Origin: Styela clava
Taxonomy: Eukaryota
Assembly: GCF_964204865.1 (NCBI RefSeq)
Contig: NC_135254.1
Coordinates: 10,974,001 to 11,038,000 of the forward strand
Length of the DNA: 64,000 bases
Direction of reading: 5' to 3'
Translations under genes and position numbers: made by a program
Notes under the pieces: model-generated
Told to the model about the DNA's origin: nothing
Seen by the model: only the letters and a program-made list of their open reading frames with translations
The model's database searches: none
Shown here: piece by piece, positions 1 to 13,373 of the stretch
Position numbering within the stretch: the stretch's first letter is position 1
Layout of the letters: each line of letters starts with the position of its first letter

Positions 1-3000
1 CTTTGGAACCTGAAAAAATATGTATATATATATATATATAGGTACTATTTTAGTTTTGTTCAGAACTTATTCAAGAAAAGTTAATAATAATTCTAACAAA
101 GCAGAAATATCTCAAAAAAGAAGCATTTGATTGAGAAGTAAAAAACTTTGGTATTATTTTTACTATTGGCATGTCAAACCAAAATATAACAAAAAAACGG
201 CGCTCCAGAAGTATGCGTACTAATATGGAGATAACTAATTTTGTTCGCCTACTCTATACCAAGTTGTGTAAAGGGACTGAAACCTATGGGCATTCACTTG
301 GCTAACACAAACAGTCTCTGAACTCGTAATAAAACTAAGATAAGGAAATTCGGAATAAAACTATGGCCTAACCCTAGCCTGGTACACATACTACGAGAGT
401 ACCCCAAAAAACAGTATATTTGTTTGATTTTCCGTAATTTTCTGGCAATATATGTGCAACTGCGAGAAAAAAATGAATATTCCTATTGATTTACCTCACA
501 TTGAAAATATTCTCCTTTGGGCACAGGTCGGGGTAAAAAACGAATCTCAAATCCTTGCATTGCTTGTGGTTCTGCACAGATGACCGGTATTGAAGGCTCG
601 TGATAGTAATGAGCTTCGGCCAACCATTTCAGCCCACAATCACAAATCCATGGATTGTTACCGAAGCTCACATTTTTCAATTTAGATCCAAGAGCTGATT
701 TCTAAATTAAAATAAAACTTTCATTTTGGTATTTGCAGGGATCACCAAAACCAAATATTTCTTTATTCCGAATACATTCTGAGAAAATATTCCCGAATAT
801 GGAATATCGAATAAATTCTAAATTGATAGCAAGTTCATGTGAAAAATTACATTCATCACTATAACTTCATGTTGATCATATTCAAAATGACATAAATAAA
901 AAGATGATTGTTTTTTCTGTGTTTTTGTTACCAGTTGAGATATATATCGTACATTTATATCTCCCATATGTCGGCTCAAAATCCCAATTTTTTAATAACA
1001 ATGCTCTAAATTATTCCTAAATTCAAATATTTACTATATATATCAAATATTATGAATTTCGAATGTGTTCGAATATTCGATTCGTTTCAGACAACCTTGG
1101 GTATTTGTAATAAATGAAGTTCCTTTTAACTCTGACGGAAGCTGCTCAACGAAGACTATTCAGTTACTTGACATTTAAATTTGTCTTCATTACTTTTATC
1201 TTAAATTCATTCTGCATTCTACAACAATTGGCAAAGTCATTTATTTGCCGTACAAGAGATTGGATAGCTCCTGTATTGAATACGATGAACTTAAATCTAT
1301 TTCATTTTATATGAATAGTTATTTCTGGAATGGAATTTAGAATGCAGATAAAGTATTAATATATAGTTTGCGTATGTATATTAACATCAATTTTGAACGT
1401 TTTTGTTTGGCTTGTATAACATGATATAAAATTTAATAATTTATCCAAATGAATTCATATCCAAATTTGTTTTTTAACATATTAACCAACTGTGTAAAAT
1501 GTCTTTAATTTAACGAGGTATATTACGTGTAAAAGTGTGTGATCGCGCAATGCTACTCAAAGAGATGCTATTAAAACCTGGGAGATCGAATCAGAAACGC
1601 ATTGCTATTATTACCTGGGAGATACGAATTAGAACCAATTTGTCACAGCATGTCATTTCGGTAAAGTAGAGTATATGGGTCTTCTATCTATGCTAGATGA
1701 ACAAGGATTTAACCCATCCTTAATATGTGATTCTACGATAACCAGCAGAACACTAAAACAAATTTGGTGTTCATGATATAGATGGAGTATCGATATCGTC
1801 TTTAGTATTTCTGGTAAAATATAGCTACTATTTAGAAAGTTAAAAATAAAGATAATTCTTGAGTTTCACAAGCACAAAAATTTAATTTGCTACACAACGT
1901 AAACATTCAAATAATGCTTGGCCTAAGTTACGTACACATTGACCTTACTAACATTTTTAATATAGTTTCTGAAATTAATGAAATCTTTCAGAAATTTACT
2001 GTATAAATCGTCACAGCTATCTTTCACGTCCAAATTCGAAGCGTGTTTCCAAACGCCTGATTAAATAATAGAACAATTCTCGAATATATAGACACGAAAT
2101 TTAAAGTGTACTTATACGTCATAAAAAGTGTTTCCAGGAATTAAAATGAAACAGCAAAATGTTGAGTGAAATACGGGTATCATAGAAAAAACTCGATTAC
2201 AACAATAAAAAAAATGCCTTGTAGCGATCTTGAAATTCATTTTTTCCTACAAAAATAATTTAGAAAAACTATCCATAATTCTACTTCATGTCCATAAATG
2301 ATGGTTGATTCTTTCATTATCATCATATGATATTATAAGCGATCGTATGACTATGACGATATGACAAACAAATAAAAGAGTACGAGGTTTGACCTCGACC
2401 GAATCATGAATTTTAATACGGTGCTCCGGACCCTGAAACCGACACGTAATAATTTTCAAAAGAATTTTTTACTTCTGAAAGTCAAACATTTTCGGAACCA
2501 CTTAATTTTCCTCAACAAATATTTACTCAAAAAGTGATCGTTAAATTTGAAGTTAGTTCCGCCGCAACATAACGTATAATTTAATGAGAAAATTCCCCGC
2601 TTGACGACAGCGCGTTCACTCATTCTCCGGTCTTGTGTAGTCGTCATGCTCTTCACGAAAATAAGCATGTACTAAAATGTAAATCTGACGTATATTTAGG
2701 TTGGCAAGACAACGCGAAATAATTGTCGATGGTATTAGTAATATATCAACTATTACTTCTCTAACTTTTAAACAAGATTCGTGTTTCTATACAGCTAAGA
2801 TTTGTGCGACATTAAAATTTACTTTTTATTTTTCAATGTTTATATCAAGCGGACATGTAGGTATTTAGGATTCTCTCAAGGTCAACGGCATTTGACATTC
2901 TGATTATGCATATCGGTATAAAAGTCAATTTGCATGATTAAATAGAGAAAAATATTACGGAATAAGTAATCCCAGCAGTCAAGCAACGATATAAAAAAAA

Positions 3001-6000
3001 TAATTTTCAGTTATCTGAAATTATTTATCAATAAAATTTATCTTTTTAACGGAAGAATAACGACATCTAATTTTTGTCATTTGGTTATGATTCATTATGT
3101 GAAGCAAAAAATAAATTTCTTCGCTAAAATAGGAATTAATTTGTAACTGGTATGAAATAGACTAAGAAGCGTGTCGGGCGCCAATTGTTTAGATTTTTTA
3201 ACATTTTTTGGTCACTTGACAAACTATGATATTGGAAAAAGAAAAATGTGTTATAGTGACTGATATAAACCTTGTCCTTGCCACACGTCCCGTCTCGCTA
3301 TATATCCCAAGTGGGATAGTGGTCATTGGGCTGGTATCTGGGAATACTAATTTGCATACTTCGAACAGGAAGTTAAAATGCTTAACCAGGTGCTAAATCG
3401 CGACCTCATACCCATAAACAATGAAATATATAGAATTTCAAACATTTCTGAAAATATTAATTACCTGTAGAGTCGACAACATATTTCCAGAGAGATCGAG
3501 AGATGCAAGGTGAGGTAATGCGAGAGCATTAGAAGGTATGTATGTAAGCCCTGTCTTCCGGAGATTCAAAACCCGAAGTCCTTGCAAATTCTATATAAAA
3601 AAATTATGATGAAATCTTAAATAGTTACATACAAAAAAAGTAGCAATTTGGAAATCAATATATTTCTACCTATTACTAAAATTTTAGTTTGAGCTCGTTT
3701 TTCCCTCTTGATGTATGTACAGTCTGATTTTTTTTGCTTTGTTTCTTATTTTAGAAATGTATAACAACATTTTTGAAACTCAAATGAATTAGACCTATAA
3801 TTAGTTTTCGTGATGTTTTTTGATGACAACTAAATTATGTTGACTCGGCCAAAATAGTTTTGACGACTGTTTCAGTTCTATTTTTTGTTTCGAACTCATT
3901 TTGTCTAAAAATGAGCGAATAATAAAACGCCAAATAATCCACATGCGTTCCAATCAAACATCACGCAAGAAAACTATCTATAGTTAACATGTTTGTACGC
4001 ACAAAGACTACGCATTGACGACATTTTTTAGACATAAGAAGCCTAATTTGCTTGTTTTCGCAAATCTCTTACGTAAACGGGTTGTAATGGGATTCAAATG
4101 TATTTTGCGAGAAAAAAGACAAATCATTTCCGCTATAATTGACGTAACTGCGGCATACGTGATGCAATCAAAAAATTGACGTAAAATTAAGAAAAATGTC
4201 ACTGTTTTCAACAGATCTAGCTTGCCCATCTATGAAATGAATATATACACTGAAATGGCAAGGGCTTAAATCTTGACTTTGACGCGTTGCGGTAAATTTA
4301 GTTATGTCATTTGGTCACAATATTGAATTAGTTTGTAAGTGAACAAGCATAAGAAGTATTTTACTTTAACACTAACATGAATGTTTGGAAATAGTAAAAG
4401 CAAAAAGTGAACATTCAGATCCTCAGGGAATAGTAAAATCGATGAATAGGATCAAAGTACTCGTCGATGGTCTTGGTCACTGTTAAACAAAATTCAATGA
4501 AGGCGACAGCGAGACTAATTTTGTTTATTTGTGAAAACATTGGGAGAAAAGATTTATTCGTTGTCATTAACGCCGAGTATACTAAAACTTGAAGTTACCA
4601 CAGCGCTAACGGAAATAGCAGATGACCATAGTTAATTCTAAATGAGATTAAATAAAAACCACTCTTACCAATCTTATTTCAGAATTTAAAAATATACTGG
4701 GCAATGTATCGTACTGTGTAATCTCTTTTTTACTCTCTTCTGGAGTATCTACATTTCAATAGCAGATAAAGACCTCGGTTTCATTCAGGACTACCTTAAC
4801 CAGAGTGCAATAAATTGAGTGGGCAGGCAATACGGAAACATAGTAGTTCTCACATATAAGTAGTTCTTAGTTTGTTTCTTTGTTTGGAGTGAATGTACCG
4901 AACAAACCGTGAAAAATCCACATTTAATTTAAATACTTGAGAGAACATCGTTGTGAAAACAAAAACTTTTTTTTATATGAGGGTCAAATAGATAATCTCC
5001 TTAATACTCTTTTTTTTGGCCAGGTCATGAAGTCTGAGTCATGAAGTCATGATGTCTGGCGGAGTCATAAAAAAGTTGAATAATTTAAAGTTTTCATCCT
5101 CTTAAATAAATGACTTCATCAATGCTATATATGCTATCATTAGGTTGTTGACAACGACTTTTGTTGTTTGAAACTTTTAGGTTTGAGAAAACCTTCATCG
5201 TATTTGTAGGAATACCTATTATTGAGTGACAAGATATTTTATACAGTACAATCAATCAAATGCTTCTACCTTGAAATCGTTTATTGAAATTGTCTTCAGA
5301 CGATTATGAGATAAATCAAGTTCTCTTAAGCTGTCTTTGACGTGTTCCAGTGCATCAACCGGTACAGATGTTAAACCGCAACCTCGCAAAGAAATCACTC
5401 TTAATTTTGTTGACATATTCAAAAGATTTGGGCTTATGCCATCTGCAAGTTGAATATGCTCCAAATATAGTTTTTCAAGTCTGAAACATTTATAAAACAT
5501 TTGACATAAAACACAGGAAATAACACTAAACAATTAACTAAGTAAGTTTATGTCGAGCCGGTTTCGAATAATGGCGATACATTAAGGATAATAACAAGAA
5601 TAAAAGTATGACTAGCCGGAAAACAACCAGGACCAGTAATTAAATTTAAAGCAAAACAGTAATATTCTTTGGGATAATTGTAAAATACTTTTATGCCTAC
5701 GCCTCAGGCACATTGGGTTCAATGCTAACCATAAGAACATTGCGCCCATCATAAGATGATGTTACCCCATGGGATTCTTTGCTCAATAGCTATATGATAC
5801 TTCAATACAAAATAAGTGAATATTAGCCCAAAACATCATACAAGGACACCTATATACATACCCCTATGGTAGTGCGCTATTTAGGTTAATCCAGTTGATT
5901 CACAAATCAAATTTACTTCAGAAGGTAGATCAAACTGCAAAAACATTTTACTCACTTTTCATTTTTCCACAATAAATCTTCAGGTATTGACTTTACTCGG

Positions 6001-9000
6001 AGAAAATTTCGAATCACGAGAATTCTCAAGTTTGGCAGCGTGTGAAACATGCTGGAATCCAAAGATGCGTTCATTCCTGACATCTAACAAAATAAAATAA
6101 ACCACAATGCTATTCTTGCTTCAACATTTATTTATTTCCATAACAATTTATTTCCATAACAATAAACAAACAGCAAGATGTCCCAGATGACGCAACAATT
6201 GGTATTGAAATTTATCGAGAGGGAGTTTTAGTATAAATGTGCCATTACAGCAAAAAAATGTGGCAGATGACAAGAATTTGTTAGTGGAGGTTTCAATCAA
6301 AATGTGATATATGGTGGATTCTATCTTCTAAGTATTTCATGAAATTGGAAGTATCTCTCGATATTGAATGATATTTGGTAAATATATATATAAACAAGAA
6401 CGCTACTCTGGGTTAATCTGTCTTAGCTGGGGGCTTTCAATCACAAGTTGACCTTAATAATCTGACTCAGGTTTAATCTCACCATTTTTTTTGCGTGGGC
6501 ACTTGCGATCTTAGATATGAAATTTATTTTAGGAATTTGTATGGAGTCGATCGATTATGTATGCATCATTTTGATCCATTTCCCGCGGTTTATGCCAACT
6601 CGTTAAGTTTATCATAATCAGATCCCTACCTCTAGTTTACGGAGACGCGGAAGACCAGCAAAAGCATCCAATGCAATGCACATTGTGGGATTTCGTAAAA
6701 GATATAGTTCGTCCAAGTTGTCAAGTCCGTGGAAATTCATAGGAATCAATACGAGTATTTTATTTCCACTCAGATGGAGTCGTCGCAGCTGATTCGATTG
6801 TGAAAAAGCATGCTCTGGTATTAATCTGGAACAAAACAAAAAATAGAAGTTTTAATTAAAAATGAAGCATAAATAGACAAATTATGATGTACATATAAAG
6901 TAACTTGGTTTTCAACTCGTTTAGCACTAATAATACATCCTAAATGTGAAATTCCCAATTTGAAGTATAACTGATTGCCAATAAGATAATGTTTTTCAAG
7001 ATATCGGTTCTAATTCAGAGCATAAGATGGTTTGATACAACTTAACGCAAGTTTTGAGATGATACAGGAACATTACTTAAAGTGTGAAACATATTGTATT
7101 CAATAACAAAGTATAATTAGAAATAAAATTATCTGAAGATTGTCTTAATTTCCTCCAGAATATTTCAGAGCTCAGTTTCTTCGGGGACACTTGTTCGGAG
7201 AATTTGATTTTGTTATGCATACTTTAGTCTGTTGTTATCCAGTCGAAGACTTTGTAATCGGGAAAGACTTTGAAACGACGTCTCCGCGATGGTTTCGATT
7301 TTGTTAGAACTTAGATCAACTTCTGATAATACTCGTGTAGTTCTGAAAGCCGTAGGTCCAATTTTCTATTTAAAAAAATAAGAGCAATCAGTAGTAGAAT
7401 AATAATATTTTTTTGTGCATAATAATAAATATCTAAGGAATGACAGGAATCCAAACTAGTTCGCCACCGGTCTTTGTAGCGATGTGATGACTGATCGTAT
7501 CTGGTTTGTTGACGTAATGAATACAAGAAGGAAGAAGTACTATGCACTATCTATAATACATTATTAGGTTCACTTAGCAGTTCTTCTACATTGTCAATAT
7601 CTGCGAAGAGAGGTGGTTTATGTCTGAAATGTTTTTCTGGAAACTGAATGTAATATATGAAATCCGATTGTGCCTCGACTATAATGAATACAATAGAACA
7701 TGTAGAAAGACTGGATATAAATACAGCGAAATACCAGCTATTTTGGTGCATTTTATTATGTCTGATGTCAGATCAAAACCAAAAGTAGTCATTGAGTTCC
7801 AATTTTGTTGAAAACGAGCAAATGCACTTGTTACTCAAGATTATGATGCGATATTGTCAAGGGGGAGCATATCGGCACCGGCCCGGAAAAAGTAACTGAG
7901 TCCCATACCGGTCTCTTTTCACCTCGCTATTCATGAATAAATAATTAGTCGTGTTTCTCTTGAACGAAAACGTTATTCAATTCGCGGTTAACGCGAAAAC
8001 GAGAATTTAAGCCGTGTTTCGATTATTCCTAAGAATTTAGCAATACAGCTATTAAGTTGGAAACATGTCAACACTTACTCAGCTAAACATGGCGTACATG
8101 TAAAATGAATCGTTTTGCACTATGTCCTTGTTTGACTAACACAAGAACTGCCAATATTGAATTCGAATCAAAGCGAAAGTTAGACCCCCATTCTCGACAT
8201 TTATGATGTTAATTACATACTTCAATATCGATTTTCTGAAGCATGAATTAGCCATGTAAATCAAGGAGATTTCAGTTAACCTGAGTCACCGATCGGAACT
8301 TAAAACAGATTTAAATAAAATTTATCTAAAATTTTTACCGCCAATAAAAAAGTCGATGGAATTGTGGCCAATTCAAGACATCATTATAAAAATGTAAGGA
8401 TGAAGTTCGTTCGAACTTACCAATATTATAAATAAAAAATTTGGTTTACAAAATTCAATGCGCAATAAAAAGTTATGAATCGGGTATTTTCTTATTAATT
8501 GAACAACAATACAATAATGAAAGAGTTAGGAATAAGCAAAATAAATACTTTAAAATTTATGGTAACGTGAGATTGTGAATATCAAAATGTCATCAAAAGA
8601 AACACGAAATTTTTTTAAATGAATTAAAACCTGCGTTTTTCAAATACAATGGAGTTTTGAAAAATAATTACGATAATTCAGCTTATATTTATATTTAGTA
8701 TTTTTGTTCTTTGGAAAGCTTCGTTATGTTTTATTTGCTTTCATTCCTTTCTCGAGCACTTTGATACGATCCTTATTTGAAACGTGATGCCGTGATTTAC
8801 ACCAAGTTGTGACAAATCTTTAAACCCAAAGCCGACCTAAAAATACGAGACCTATCCGGTCCCTCAAAGCTATCTATTGCAATCATTGGAAAAGTTTCCA
8901 AATAACATGTTTTCTGTGAAAAAAAATTATCACAAGTTTCTCAATTTTCTTTGACTCGAATTTGGGATAATATTCAACTGAAAATCAGAATGAAGAAGGA

Positions 9001-12000
9001 ATATGACGATTTCTTTTTTAGATAAAATTAAAAAAAGAAATCGTCTCACTTCTGGGCAAGGAAGGGTCAATGTTTGAGGTAAAGTGGGTGTGTCTTGAAA
9101 GCTTTTTGACGGAAGAGGATCTTCCGTAAATAAATACATCATCGCCTCGTTTCATGTCTGTTTCTTGCTATCGATATCATTTCACATACACTGGCTATTA
9201 ATTATTGATAAAACACCTGAAATACAACCAAAAAATCTTCACATGTATTGCCAATAGGGGTGATTTATTATTTTTATCATCATATTACTGCATTTGACAC
9301 TTTTCAGCTAATTTTAGTCAAAATCTTACATGATTTACTATAACATATGACACCGCAATCGTTCGTCTCCTATATATTTTTAAAGTGTTGTGTGAAATAG
9401 CTAATTCAACTAAAACTGTTATTCATTCCAATAGTTTTGGCTTCCTTATTAATAATATACAAATTAATTGTAATTTAAAATTATAAATCATCCAAAACAT
9501 ACTTCCATTTATGCGAATGTGTTTAGAGTGCTTGCATAATGCAAACGTCATTGTGTGGAAATACCCATTGCTGATGGACTCGATAACATCACCGTATGGG
9601 GAAAGAAAACATCTCGAACATAAATATTTAAATACAATAAAAAATAAATATTTAACATTTCTTATTTGGCACAGTACAACGTCCTACCGTTATTCTAGTA
9701 AACTATCACTAAGTATGGAATTACCGATTCTTACACAAAATATTTTTTAAATACTACACACCCCTGGGGTAGGCATATGAGAAAATGCAAATGAGTGCTG
9801 ACGAGATCGAATAGCGTAGGATCACAATCAATCTCTCGGCTTGAAAATACTGTTTACAAAAATTGATGTCGTAGACAAATTTCAAACATCAAATCAATTT
9901 TAACGAAATTCTCTAAAGTAAATAATTTCTAATTAAAGGTATCAGTTTAATCTATGATTGTAAATAAATAATTCACTTGTTACTCATCGAAATTATAAGC
10001 CGATGCACTGGCGAATGTGGCGAACTAGATATCAACAGTGTATACAATTTTTTGATTTTTTGCGCGGGGGAGACCAGAGTTACTGGCAAATGTACCAGTT
10101 TTTCTTCAAACAAAAGCCTATAAAAACTACTAACAATAGGGCAGTGGTCAAAAATAGTCGAATTTTAATGTCCATGAATTATTTTACAGTAAACGACGCA
10201 AACTATAACTCTTTTGGTTTTGCCCAAATATTACAATCTCGATATTCTGGTAACATTGTGTAACAGCACTTTTACTTATTTTTTGATTTCTCTTTGATAA
10301 TTTACTATTAGTTGGGATTACGCAATACTATACTATATTATTTGATTCAAGAGTCTTGCGCACACTATCACAAATATAACACTAACACAACTAACTTAGC
10401 TGAAAAATGCTTGTCTGAAGAAGTCTGACCCGGGTCAGGTGAAACGTTTCAGAAATACATTTGTGTTAGTGTGCAGCAAGACTCTTGAATAAACTAGTCT
10501 TCGATAATCTATGCAAAATATTAACTTTGTTATAATTTATCACCTTTAGTGTTGAAATATTGATAGTTAATGATCTGGTATCGGATGGAATCCCGACCGG
10601 TAATTTGTACTGCAAGTTCGGTGTCCGAGAGCAAGTAACAGACCTACAAAATTAAAAGTAAACAGATTACTCTTTTGGAACTCAATGACTGTCATACATG
10701 TAAAGCAAAATATAAACATTTTAAGGAATTTAGGGAGTTGTTTATATATATAGAGAGAGGATTTATTGAAACTATGACACAAAAACATGCATGTGTATGG
10801 TTCTTCAGAATGTCGGTATATACGATTTTTTATAAACTTTGTAAATAATTATTGAAATATTCATATGCGGTTGTTTCTAAATTTATTTATAAAAAAATTG
10901 GCAAATTTGCATCCCACTGGAAATATTTTGAAAATTGACACTTGATAATTGATACTTAAGATTTTTGAAGTCTTATTGATAAAAATACTATAATATTTGT
11001 GAGTAATGATGAGATTATGATTAGATTCTGTTTATTGCCTTGTACTGTTATCTGCGAAAACATCTTTATTTTTTGATAACCCATTGCCCCCATCACCAAA
11101 TCGTGCTATGGCCTATGAACAACCCAGATGTGCAAACTCTGAAAATATATTCCGAGTATATTTCTCATACATTTGGGTTTGGTTTTTACTATTTCAGAGG
11201 AGTTTTCAGCTCAGTTACTGGAATTCACACCTTGGTAACCAACCAAAATTTTAATGAGACGACCGAGTGATGTAACCTGAGATGTAATAGGAATACTATT
11301 CTATAAGATGGATTCTTTGCGACATGAGATTTTAAATCATGATATCTTGTAAAGTTGGCGATGTATTAAATAAAAAGCTTCTCATGTATTATGCAAATCC
11401 TCTATAACCTGATAACGTCTAATGTTCACAGAGTAAGGTCTGAGCTGTTTTCATCAGCGCAAGTCAACAAGATCATTATGACTTGGGCTATTTTTAGTGC
11501 GACGCGAAATGTTCAGCAATATGTCCAAAAATTTATTTATGAATTTACATTCAAGATAGGATATTCAAGTCATCTTCTCGTCATTAATTAACCTAAAACT
11601 TTTGTATTTAGTTGAATATTGGGTATGTAGTCTGTGTCATTGTTTCAAAATTAGAGTGGGTTCTAGTATGAATCACGTATATATCGAAACTAATGTATGT
11701 TTTATGTACGCATTGAATCTCACAAAATCGATAAATCAAAAAAGTAATTTTGTATGTATATATAAATTTGATATTAGCCCAAAATCCCAATTCTACATAA
11801 TCTATCAAGTTCAACAATATAACATATTTTACTTCAGATCAGAAAATATATCCAATACGACAGCTAAATATTTCTGTCCCTCCATATTAGCGGTTACAAA
11901 TGTATAAATACGGTTTTACTCAAACGTGTAAATTCTCCTCGTGATTAAATGACGTTACCGGGCATAAGAAATGGGGTAAACATTCTCCCTAATATTATTG

Positions 12001-13373
12001 GATTTCAATGAATATACCATTAACACGCTTCCGATCGCGTACACTCGGCGTTGAATTACCAAATTTATGTTGACTTGAGAAAATATTCTATTCATTCATC
12101 GAGAAGATTCTGCACGAACGAAGGACTCACGAACCACATTAAAAATCGTGTGGATATTCATGAGGTTTTTATTGAAGCTTTCACCCAAAAATCACATTTA
12201 TTTATTATTCATAGAAAACGGAATAAATTTTCGAATCATAATTTTTGACCTTTCTCATTCATAAATTTAGTCATTAGAGGCAGTTTATAGTTACCATGAC
12301 AACAATTAAAATTAATACTGTTAAAAACTTGCAATCGATAGAATCAACGCAACACTAAGACTTAGATTATCACTTGGACAAAGTAAATGCCGAGAACCAG
12401 CTGTCAGAATATTGGACAAAAGTGTTTAGAATTATCGATTGCTCTGTGCATGATACTGACATGATTTGAAGTCATGGCAACAGAAGTGATTTATTTGGCG
12501 TCATAGTGGTATGAGATCAAAAATTATTCCCCTATTACTTACGGTACACGCGGATGTGCTCACTGAGGTCATTAGCTCGAAAGTATTAGATACTTTGTCG
12601 GAAATTTCAGTCACCAAATTTTTTAATATTTACATTTACATGATTGGGATGGAAATGTGAGAAATATCCAAGCTAAGCTATAAATATCAATTTTCATTTT
12701 AGAAATATCTTTCTCGATTACGATAGGTTTTGAACATTGTCATGCTGCAAAACAAATTATTCCTGGACTTCATACCAAATGTCGATCATAAAAAGATTAA
12801 ACCCTTTCGGTCTGATGCCGTAATTAAATCATCCATGCAAAAATGTCGTAGCTTCATAAAGTATATTATCAGCAAATCAAGGGTGTTAAAATTTAACTTA
12901 TATGTAAATTACTTGAAAATTTGATATGTGTTTTATCATAATGATTCATATTGGAAATTCGAGGCACAGGGTAGGTATTATATTCATGGTGTTCAGTTGC
13001 TATTTATTTAAACTCATGCAATAAACGGAGAGTTCGAAAAACAGCAAGATTTCCGTACCGTGCTGGTTGCGCAATGCCTAACAAAATTGAAGCAAATTCA
13101 AACGCTTTTCAAAAGTAACAGGATTTATAGCATATATATCATTTTGTGTTTTAATTAATTGTTCGTGTGATCAAGTGAACAAAATACACAAATATCCATA
13201 AACTGAGAATATTGAAACGGTCGTTCATAATATATAAAATGAATGTGAAGAAATTATACGTACATTGTTGCTCTTTCGCAGACGCATGTTGGAGTATCCG
13301 GACACGAAATTGTGTATTCAAAAACCAACATAAAGTAGCAAAATATCATCCGACCCGCACGATTTTCCAGCAT
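1..13373 (-). CDS. LINGO-like leucine-rich repeat (LRRNT-LRR-LRRCT, probably Ig) cell-surface protein, 3'-partial, 9 coding exons in window
   Basis: Exons (minus): 13373-13264, 10643-10544, 7365-7223, 6825-6630, 6083-5956, 5480-5270, 3590-3465, 701-495, 9-<1. All introns are GT-AG with compatible phases. Spliced protein: signal peptide MLENRAGRMIFCYFMLVFEYTIS; LRRNT CPDTPTCVC..VTCS..LPVGIPSDTRSL; about 11 LRRs including LDNNRLKLIP and LSGNKILVL; LRRCT NPWICDCGLKW..CAEPQAMQGFE..YFQC. The NRLKLIP and CxxPxxxQGxE..YFxC motifs match my recollection of vertebrate LINGO1. Confidence 0.85.
199..403. mobile_element. ~200-bp MITE family A, copy 1
   Basis: Imperfect TIRs ggcgctccagaagtatgcgtac...ggtacacatactacgagagtacc. 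Near-identical copies at 43117-43315 and 25683-25778. Confidence 0.8.
736..1099. mobile_element. hAT-type MITE
   Basis: Termini CAGGGAT...CAACCTTG; perfect 8-bp TSD ggtatttg at 728-735 and 1100-1107; subterminal CGAATA/TATTCG repeats. Confidence 0.75.
1566..1636. repeat. ~36-bp tandem duplication
   Basis: tgctatta..acctgggagat(a)cgaat(c/t)agaa occurs twice. Confidence 0.65.
10345..10490 (+). mobile_element. Short inverted-repeat element with hammerhead-like core (family B), copy 1
   Basis: Termini attcaagagtcttgc...gcaagactcttgaat. Centre CTGAAGA (10415-10421), hairpin gtctgac-ccgg-gtcaggt, then GAAAC (10441-10445). Confidence 0.7.

Noticed and set aside
7551-7751. Minus-strand ORF with a signal-peptide-like start, as first exon of the LRR gene
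   Set aside because: It has no LRRNT cysteines and only a weak donor. Exons at 13373-13264 and 10643-10544 supply the signal peptide and LRRNT and splice in phase to 7365.
8930-9142. ORF with TLPCPE followed by gtgag, as an LRRNT exon
   Set aside because: It lies downstream of the real LRRNT exons, and every frame has stops after the nearest strong acceptor.
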